From Camelus ferus (taxonomy: Eukaryota): a stretch of DNA of 64,000 bases. Position 1 is the first letter of the stretch. The number at the start of each line of letters is the position of its first letter. Of this stretch, positions 49,613 to 58,790 are shown piece after piece. A program made the translations under genes and the position numbers. The notes below the pieces were generated by a model. The model ran no database searches. It had not been told where the DNA came from and saw only the letters and a list, made by a program, of their open reading frames with translations. Where the stretch lies: assembly GCF_009834535.1 (NCBI RefSeq), contig NC_045696.1, forward strand, positions 17,610,001-17,674,000. The letters are read 5' to 3'.

Positions 49613-50246
49613 ATACTTATTTCTTTTCCATACCTTTTGCTTTATCAGAGGTTCAGAGGCAACATGAAGTGATCTCAACTCTTCAGGGGTTTCAAGGGAG
49701 GTGATTGTCCACTAAATAAGTAATGACAAATTCTGAGGATGTGCTGGCTGAGGAGAGCCTGTCTCTTTATTGAAGAGCCAGAGAAATCAGAGTCACTAGT
49801 TGGGGAACTAGTTGCCACGGGAGTAACCAAAAGTCAAGCGCCTCTCAACAGGCCACGTGGAGAACCAGATGGACCATTTTCTCATATGTCAGGATAGAAA
49901 ATCCAGATTTTGGCAGGCAAAGAGGTTTTCATAATAAATACAGAGAAAGTGCCATCTCAAAAATCTAAAATCAGTGGGTGCAGGGCCAAAAGGATGGATG
50001 TTGTGCACTTGGATGGGATCCAAGAAAATGCCTGCAACATGACCTTTGTGCGTAAGTATAATTGGATTCTTTTGTAGTGCTAATCTGGGGTGACTCCCTT
50101 ACATCAAAGTTTTCTCTCCAATATTACCACTTCACTAGTCTGCTTTCAGCATAGTAATAGAGAAACAATAGTCTGGCAGGTTTAGGGAGGAAGTAGCATA
50201 GCTTTTCAAACTATCTCTGCCATCTAAGCTAGATAAGAGAGTTCTC

Positions 50247-50665
50247 AGACTTCCAGTTACAAAATAAATGAGCCACAGGGAAGAAAATGTACAGCATATG
50301 GAATATAGTCAGTCATACTGTCATAACTTCATATGGTGATGAAGATGGTCAATAGCCACCGACTTATAGTTACAAGATAAATATGGACTAAGGAGGTAAT
50401 GTACAATATGACTGACCATTAACCCTGATGTATGTTATACACGAAAGTGGTTAAAAGAGCGAATCCAAAGAGTTCTCATCACAAGGAAAAAAAATTTTTT
50501 CTTTTGTTTTTATTATACATATATGAAATGATGGGTGTTCACTAAACTTATTGTGATGATAATTTCATGGTGTATGTAAGTCAAGCCATTATACTGTATA
50601 CCTTAACCTTGTAAAATGCTGTATGTCAATTACATCTCAATAAAACTCTAAGAAAAAAAAAAAAA
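50247..50665 (+). mobile_element. L1 3' UTR composite of two tandem segments, with poly(A) and TSD
   Basis: GACTTCCAGTTACAAAATAAAT... then GACTTATAGTTACAAGATAAAT...GAGTTCTCATCACAAGGAAAAA...CTCAATAAAACT then poly(A); TSD AAGAGAGTTCTC (50235-50246) / AAGAGAGTTTTC (50666-50677). Confidence 0.88.
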
Positions 50666-51053
50666 AAGAGAGTTTTCTTTATTGGAGAATATATGGAGGG
50701 AAGTCTACCAAAATAACTGGAAGAGGAGGAAGGCTTAGAATGAGGTCTTTAACTTTTCTGGGTGTACTGGATCATTTCTAACAGAGCCATTGTTTCTGGC
50801 TGACCAACTAATGATGAGAGAATGCCCTGTGTACTGGGCATTGGGAAGGGTCAGAATAAATGGTCATTATTATTTTACTCCCAGGAATGTTTTATTTTAC
50901 TTCCTTAGAGGAAATGGAAGATTTTCTTTTTTCCTACACACTATCTTCTTTCAGAAATAATGCTCGGACTTCCATTCTTGGCTATGTGTCCATTTGCTTG
51001 TATCTTCCCCTTTTGGAATGCAGCTCCCTCAAGAAGTAAATAATCACTTAGTC

Positions 51054-51210
51054 CAGTGGTTCTTAAATTTAAGTGTTTCTCCGGTTCTCTTGTGGGGACA
51101 GTTGAAACACACATTACTGATCTCATCTTGAAAGCTTCTGTTTCAGTGGGTCTAGGGTGGGGTTGGAGATTCCGCATTTCTCATAAGTTCTCTGGTGATG
51201 CTGATGGTAT
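51054..51210. mobile_element. MER5A hAT-Charlie element
   Basis: CAGTGGTTCTTAAA...TTCTGTTTCAGTGGGTCTAGGGTGGGG...GCATTTCTCATAAGTTCTCTGGTGATGCTGATG. Confidence 0.85.
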
Positions 51211-52574
51211 TATAATAATAAAGGCAGTTTGGTGAGGATCAAAAGACCTCCAACCAATATCATTCCTTACACTTATGGGCTAAAATAATAAACTTAGCTG
51301 AAATAATTTTGTTAAATATCACATCTTTGGTCTTTTTCTGGAAATGGACTTATTTGATAGTTGTTATATAAAAACTAATTTGGAATAAATCTTATTTTTT
51401 GATGTGATTTCAAAATTTTTAGGTCAAAGGAAAACTCATCGAGGAAAGGGTTTCTTCAAGTAGATTCATTATTTTTTACAGGTTGAGCCCTTTGATATTA
51501 TGTAGTCCACTGACCTGGCTACAGAAAGACAGCTTAGAAAGATGGCTGTCCACTCTTTATAAATATTTGCAATTTATGAATAGCTAATAATTAAATGGGC
51601 TATGATAACCACAAACATAGCAAGCCCTTTAGCGATTACTGTCAGTCCTTTAAAAGATCTTAGAAATTGAAATAATTATCATTAACAAAGGGGGAAAAGT
51701 CAAATAAGTCAGCATGCTTTCTCCACAAAAGTCAAACCAAGTCACATTTAGAAAAATAATCACTTTTTTTATCACGCTTCAAACCTCAGGGACATCACAA
51801 ATGCTTCATCACTCAGTTTACCATCTTTTGATTATTTATGATTAGAAGACATTTACCACCTCTTAATAATGATAGTGATTTTCACTGAGGACATTGGCTA
51901 ATAAGCATGCAAACAGCAGAAGGGGCTTTGCATGTGAGTTTGTGTCTCTGCTTTTCCTCTAATTGCTATGTTATTCTTTGCTGTTTAATGAAGTAAAATA
52001 AAAACTTGCTAGATATAACACATGAACATGTGGACATATGTGCACTCACACAGCAGACTGGTTTAAATTCCTTTTAGTATTTTGCATATAATAGCACTTA
52101 ATTGATACAAAGGTAATTATCTGAGGTAGGTAACACTAGGTAAATGACATAGAGAATAATGAATGGGCTCTATGAACATGTCCGACCCTGTGCCCTTACA
52201 TGACTTCTCATAAACGTATGCTTTTCCTTCTATATAATGTCTTTGTAAATTGTGACTTTGGGACTTGGCAATCAGATTTATCAGAATTCAGTCTGTTAAT
52301 CAAGGTTCCCCAAAGAATGACATTAATTGTAGTTCTAGTTTGTTTCCCACTGAAATTCCTGTTTGCTCATTCAGGCTATTTTGTTAAATTATTGCTATTT
52401 TTATGTAATATCTACAAAGATAATAAGCTGACACAATATTAGAACTTATAAATTAGTTTAGCCAAGCAGTCAGATTAAAAATCAACGCACAAGCACATCT
52501 TATCATTCCAATACAAAGTCATACCTAACTCTACATTCTCATAGAAAGAAGACTCTATTCATTAAAGAATCCAT

Positions 52575-52990
52575 TGAGTTTCTAGGAATAAATTTAACAT
52601 TAGATGTATAAGTTCTATATTAAGAGATCAGAACATTTTAGTGAAAGACAAGACTAAACTGACTTTTGAAAAAGAGAGGTGTGATGGTTAATTTTATGTG
52701 TCAACTTCACTGGATTAAAGGATGCAAAATGCATCAAAACTACATTTGTTATTGAGATGTAGTTGACCTGTAAGATTGGATAAAGTTAAGGTGTGAAAAC
52801 TACTTTGAAAAAGAAAATAACTAGTGAGAATGTGCTTGATCAGATATGAAAACATACTGTAAAACTACTACAAAACAAGTGTAGTATTGGTACAAATTAA
52901 TTAATGTAGCAAAATAGTACTTTAGAGTCATTTGCATACAGTATAAAACTTAATAACAAAGGGTTCATTTCTAGCAGGGCAAGGTGGAGG
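52575..52990 (+). mobile_element. Degraded L1 ORF2 fragments with a short MLT2 5' piece (52680-52726)
   Basis: CTAGGAATAAATTTAAC, CAGATATGAAAACATACTGTAAAACTAC...GTGTAGTATTGG; TGTGATGGTTAATTTTATGTGTCAACTT is an MLT2 start. Confidence 0.6.
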
Positions 52991-52995
52991 CCATT

Positions 52996-53039
52996 CTCCC
53001 TCTCTCTCTCTCTCTCTCTCTCTATTATATATATATATA
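52996..53039. repeat. (TC)n(TA)n compound microsatellite
   Basis: Read directly from the sequence. Confidence 0.9.
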
Positions 53040-54556
53040 GACAATTGTCTATTGATTAAAATAACAGCAGAACACGTCTATTTATATAATATACAAACCT
53101 AAAGCCCAAAATGGTTAAAGTATAGTCAAAAATAAATATACAAAAAGTGTGTTAAAAATCAACACAAGAACAGCTGTATTAATATGAACCCATATGTTAT
53201 CTGCCTTATCAACAAGAGATGGAGAGAAAGTAAAAGGAAGCCATTTGAAGGAATAGTTTAGTAATTTAAGCTTGAGGTGGATTACTAAGCTAAAATATTG
53301 GCTAAATATCCATATCAAACCTTAATTACATAAAATTAAGAAAACATGGCAGGATTCAACAATGGATTTAACTTGAAGAAGAGAAATGCAACATAATGTT
53401 TAAATTTGAAAGACTTGAACATTGAAGATGGGCATTGCTGGAGAAAAAAAGAATCACTTGTTAGGGAAAGAGTAAGACAGATTCAATACCCTAACATACT
53501 GTAAGAACATCCTGATCCATATTTTAAGGATTGCATTTGTGATAATTATAAGGTAAATATTCGTGAAACTTATTGATTGAAACTTGCTTTCATTCTTTAG
53601 CCCTCACAGAGTGTTTCTAACTGGTCCTAAAAATGCAGCTCAATCATTAGCCAGGCCTGCATCTCCATGGTTACCATAGTCTTCTCCTTGACACTCTCAT
53701 GTACAGGAAAGAAGGTGACATAAATATGTCAAACACAAACATCTGAACTGTCTAGAGCTTGGCTTCATTGAAGATCTGTGGCAGGTTCCTGGCCAGGAAA
53801 GCCAAGAAAATCTTACCAAGAACAAAAAATATAAATATTCCATGACATAGTATACAGCAATGATAGAGCCATATTTTTACTCTATGATCATGTGGTGGGT
53901 TTAGAATTTGGTTTAAGTCAATAAAAGGGGGAGATGTTCCCAGCCATGTTATAGCATCACCTGAATCAGGGGACAGATGTAATAGAGTTAGCTTCATATG
54001 ACACCCACCTTAGCTCAATTTTTTCTCTGTTGCTTTGACATTGAAGAGTAGAATGATAGAGGGTTTTACTCAGGTCGTATTTTTTGTTTAATTGAAAAGG
54101 TTGTCAGAAAATACAGGTTAATGTATTATGAAGGCCTATAACCAGTGAGGAAAAAAGGGAGTGCATTATACCCAAGAAGAGCAGGATGTAACTGAGAATC
54201 AGCTTTACCACAAGACTGCTAGCTTTGCGAGTGGCTGGGGAATTTTCCTGACTCTCTAATCCCACCTCCCGCTTTCTGCGTTTTGGGAAATCCTTCTCTC
54301 TGCTTTGGTGCCCCGGACCACGCTTTTAGAAGGCAGTTGCCCTAAACTATGTGCAGTCTCAGATTTCCTTGTCCCATTTCAACCTCTGAGAGCTGACAGC
54401 GCAAATGCATAAGACTTTGGAGATTTTCTCTGACCTCCCTTGCCTCATCCCTCGTCTTTAGCTGCTATTTCAAATTTTCTCTTTTGTATTTATAAACTTT
54501 TATGTGATATTTATCTGCATTATAAACCTTTTTTAATGTCATGAAATATTTCTTTT

Positions 54557-54818
54557 TTGGGAGGGTTGTAGATAATCTTTATTTTTTTAGTTTATTATTT
54601 TTTAAATTGAAAAATAGTCATTTACAATGTGTCAGTTTCTAGTGTACAGCACAATGTCCCAGTCATGCATATACATACATATATTCATTTCATATTCTTT
54701 CTCATTAAAGGTTATCACAAGATATTGAATATAGTTCCCTGTGCTATACAGAAGAAATTTTTTTAATCTATTTTTATATATAGTGTCAAACACTTGCAAC
54801 TCTCAAACTTCCAAATTA
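54557..54818 (-). mobile_element. Camelid-type L1 3' end with 18-bp TSD
   Basis: CAAGATATTGAATATAGTTCCCTGTGCTATACAG; perfect TSD TCATGAAATATTTCTTTT at 54539-54556 and 54819-54836. Confidence 0.93.
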
Positions 54819-54877
54819 TCATGAAATATTTCTTTTCCACATGCATGTGTGGTATGACCACAAGAACATCATCTGAC

Positions 54878-54997
54878 TTTTTTTTTTTAACATTTTTTAT
54901 TGATTTATAATCATTTTACAATGTTGTGTCAAACTCCAGTGTAGAGCACAATTTTTCAATTATACATGAACATATATATATTCATTGTCACATTTTT
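54878..54997 (-). mobile_element. Young camelid-type L1 3' end
   Basis: Poly-T then AACATTTTTTATTGATTTATAATCATTTTACAATGTTGTGTCAAA, the reverse complement of the 42958-43142 subfamily. Confidence 0.9.
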
Positions 54998-55165
54998 AAT
55001 TTAATTTAATTTAATTTTTTTTAAGGGGGAGATAATTAGGCTTGTTTGTTTATTTATTTTATTTTATTTTATTTTTTTAATTTTTGATGGAGGTACTGGG
55101 GATTGAACCCAGGACCTCATGCATGCTAGGCACATGCTCTACCACTGAGCTATAACCTCCCCCCC
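54998..55165 (-). mobile_element. tRNA-Ala-derived camelid SINE (Vic-1-like), copy 1
   Basis: Minus strand GGGGAGGTTATAGCTCAGTGGTAGAGCATGTGCCTAGCATGCATGAGGTCCTGGGTTCAATCCCCAGTACCTCCA with A and B boxes, A-rich linker, CCTAATTATCTCCCCC and A-rich tail. Confidence 0.92.
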
Positions 55166-55169
55166 TTTC

Positions 55170-55327
55170 TAAAAATATTTTATTTATTATTGTATTATTT
55201 TAATTATTTTATTTTGGGGGAGGAGGTAATTAGGTTTATTTATTTTTAGAGGAGGTACTGGGGATTGAATCCAGGACCTCGTGCATGCTAAGAATGCACT
55301 TTACTGCTTGAGCTATACTCTCCCCCC
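55170..55327 (-). mobile_element. tRNA-Ala-derived camelid SINE (Vic-1-like), copy 2
   Basis: Minus strand GGGGGAGAGTATAGCTCAAGCAGTAAAGTGCATTCTTAGCATGCACGAGGTCCTGGATTCAATCCCCAGTACCTCC...AATAAACCTAATTACCTCCTCCCCC. Confidence 0.92.
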
Positions 55328-55469
55328 TTTCATCTGAGTGTTTTAAAAGTATAAATTGACTTTATGATTCCCATCCAACCTCTATTATTAATAGTAGTAG
55401 TAACTATTATCATCATTATTATTAATCATCTAACACAATAAATCCAGACAGCATAGTTTTGATCATATC

Positions 55470-56430
55470 TCTGTCTTCTAATTTCTTACTTCCACTTATT
55501 TGTAATCAACAGCTGTTTCAGCTCTATGGTTTCAGTCTACCTGGATCTAAATAATTGCTGGATGTCATAATGATTTCCTTGATCAATAATGGCTCTGATT
55601 GCACCCATAGTCAAATCTAAACGTGTTTGCTGTAGTCAGCAAGACCCCACCTGCTCTGATCTGTGTTTATGCCTGTCTCTTCATCCCCCACCACTCCCTT
55701 GCTCACTTATTCACCTTCATTGGTGGTAGCTTTATTGGGGGTTATTAAACACAGGGAATTTGTTCTCATTTCAGGATTTATCTATTTGACCTTCCCCAAG
55801 GCCTGTGCTTGGATTTATCTTCAGTTCGTTCAGGACCATGCACAAATGTTACCTCTTCACTGAGGAGCTCCCTTACTACCTTATATAAAATAAATCTATT
55901 TTACTTCTGTAATGCATATCTGACTTCACTCTTCTTATAAAATTTATACCTACTTAAAAATTATTTTTTAAAAAAGGACATTACAGACTCATCTACAAAA
56001 CAGAAACAGATTCACAGACATAGTAAACAATCTTATGGTTACCTGGGAAAGCAGGTGGGAAGAGAGAAATTTGAGAGTTTGAGATTTACAAATGTTAGCC
56101 ACTATATATCAAAATAGATTTTAAAAAGTTTCTTCTATGTAGCACAGGGAACTATGTTCAATATCTTGTAACAATCTTTAATGAGAAAGAATATGAAAAT
56201 GAATATATGTATGTATATGTATGATTGGGACATTGTGCTATACACCAGAAATTGACATATTGTAACAGACTCTACTTCCATTAAAAAAAAAAAAGAAAAT
56301 TATATGTTTACTTGTTACTATTTTATCTTTCCTGATAGAATGTAAGGTCTAATGAGGAATAATCTGTCTTATTAATTAAGTCTGTATTCCCAAATTCTGT
56401 TAGTCTGGCACAGAGAAGATGTTTAATAAG
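55470..56430 (+). mobile_element. L2 fragment interrupted by an L1 3' end
   Basis: CCCATAGTCAAATCTAAAC...CAAGACCCCACCTGCTCTG...CAAATGTTACCTCTTCACTGAG; resumes ~56300 (TAGAATGTAAG...GTCTGGCACAGAG). Confidence 0.65.
55968..56295 (+). mobile_element. Camelid-type L1 3' end with poly(A)
   Basis: CTACAAAACAGAAACAGATTCACAGACATAG...GTAGCACAGGGAACTATGTTCAATATCTTG...CCAGAAATTGAC then poly(A); probable TSD AAAATTAT (55957-55964 / 56296-56303). Confidence 0.92.
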
Positions 56431-56669
56431 CAACCTCAATGTCTGTAACCATAGACATGGCTTATTGAACAAGTGCCTAGACTTTGTGTTCAAATGGCTT
56501 CATGCTATTTGTCAATGAAATGATTTTAGCTAGGTTTACTCTCTAAGCTTCAGTAATATTTACCAGTAAACTTTTATAAAAAATTATATCAGATAATACA
56601 AGCAAGTAGTTAACCCAATGCATAGTGCACACTGTTACAGTATTTCCATTAACATTAACTCATCATCTT

Positions 56670-56790
56670 CACAAAGCTGTAAGTTTTATGAGGACAAGGA
56701 TCATAGTTTTCTTGTCGATTGACACCTTCAGTGCCTGGCCAATGCTAGTAGTTCCATAAATATTCATTGCATGAGTAACAATGAATAAAT
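56670..56790 (+). mobile_element. L2 3' end
   Basis: CTGTAAGTTTTATGAGGACAAGGATCAT...CAGTGCCTGGC...ATAAATATTCATTGCATGAGT...ATGAATAAAT. Confidence 0.65.
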
Positions 56791-58385
56791 TAATATTTGA
56801 ATCAGAAAGCATGCGTGCTTATATACATATATACATATTGTAGATATTATACTACTGTGTAATACAGTAGCATAGAGTACACTTAACACATGCTATATAG
56901 TATATAATCTATGATTGATAATTGTAGTGGTAAGTGGTCTTTTGACATGCTGCATAGTTATTACCCAAAGTAAATTCACCACACTTTGTAAAATAATATT
57001 AGGTATTTTACTGTTTTAGATATTTTTAAAAACTGGGTCTTTGATGTGCTATAATTGCTTGACCTCACAGGGACATAGGAAACTTGAGATGAGAAAATTT
57101 CAGTAGATAGTGAGTCATTTCTCACAGAGCAAAAAACTTCTGGCACCTGCAAAATTAGCAGCTTCTTCAAGTGTTATGCTTATAATCCTGCCACTGAAAG
57201 TGAGATTAAATCTGGCATATTTGATAAAAAGGAAATTCTGGAGCTCTTGGAGGAGATGGTGGAGGAAGGGGCTCTAAAATCCTCTTCATACCAAGCAGGT
57301 GTCTGACAAAGTTCCGCTTCTGGCACTGACAACGCAAAGTGTGCTGCTCGGACAAGGCCACGTTTACAGCCTGCAGTGCCTTGTGGAATTGTCCTTTTAC
57401 AGCAAAGCCCTGAGAGACCTCTTTAGAAAACCCAACTTTCTCCATTTGCTAACTTAGACCATCTTACAACTTCTAAAATTACTCTAGACTTGCTTTTTAT
57501 TACCAATAGTTTGTCTGGTTTACAATCAATGTAGTTTTGATGTGATGTGAAAAGATCAATAGCAACTTTGAAGTTTTCATTTCAGTGTAAAAGAAACTCA
57601 TTTTGTTTCTCTTGTTATTTTTGCCAAGAAAAAAACATGAAAAAGATGTCACTGAGATATTAAAACATGTAATACATTTACTTGACAACTCTGATTAAAA
57701 GGCTTTTAGAATAATCATTTAAAGAAGGTCTTTAAGATGGTTTTATAATTTGATTTTTCTCCCTGACACTTGAATTTCAGCAAAGAAATGGTGTTACACA
57801 TATTTAAGTAAGAAAAGGGCCATTTTGTTAATATTTCTTTAAAATGAAATTACTACAAAAAAAACAGAAAAATAATCTCATTATAAAACTTATAGAAATT
57901 GCAATGTTTGATCTTCCAGGGTTGTCAAATACTTCATTATTGTATTTTATGGAGATGGTAGAAGATCTACAGTTTATTTATAAATACCTAGTGCCAACTA
58001 ATTAAAGATGGATTTTATCAACAGGCATTCATTTTTGGAATAAATTTTAAATTAGAAGTTACATTTATCTGTACAACTGAATTTAAAATCTTAGCTTTAA
58101 AAATTGGTAAATTGTATTCATCACACTATAAAATGAAGCAATCATTTATAACAAGTTTTACTTGAAACCGTGGAAAGTAAATCCTAGATTTGTGTTTCTA
58201 TTTAGTACATATACATCAAATATTTAGACTGTATATGTGCATAAGCACGTATTTGCATATTTACACTTGCTACATATATACTTTGTGTTCAACACACATA
58301 TATTTGTATTTAGTAAATATATATGTTTATATTTCGAATACACACACTCATACACATATATAAAGCAAATAAGGACGTATGTTTG

Positions 58386-58790
58386 TGTCTATGAATAAGT
58401 TCCCTTGGACTGAGTTTGTTGGCAAGTGCTTTTTGGTAGATAAATTCGTAAGAAAGTGAGGAAGACAGGCAAAGTCATCTTCAGTGTTTAAACTTCCAGG
58501 GTTGCAATGTGGTTGCAAATGAAGACCAGCCTATCTTAAAGAGAGCTCTGGAGGTGTCATGGTTCTTCAGTTTTGTCCCAAATTGAAGCAAAGCAGCTGG
58601 GCCCCTGTAGCACCACACCAGCCAGACATTCACTGAGGGCTATCTCAGGAGGGGATGTAACTTTGGTTGAGTCAGTTTTCTGTTGCTAAGAGTCATTCCA
58701 GTGATCAGTGCAACTGATGATACTCCTAGGGGATGAATGCATTGGACTTGAAGAAGGATATCTGGTCAGAGAACCAGGGCATCCCCTATA
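58386..58790 (-). mobile_element. LTR16-family ERVL 3' LTR
   Basis: GAGAGCTCTGGAG...TCAGTTTTGTCCCAAATTGAAGCAAAGCAGCTGGGCC...GGGGATGTAACTTTGG; adjacent polypurine tract AAGGGGTAGAT (minus strand of 58791-58801). Confidence 0.75.

Noticed and set aside
55088..55165. Functional tRNA-Ala gene
   Set aside because: It has stem mismatches, a SINE body and an A-rich tail, and sits in tandem with a second SINE copy.
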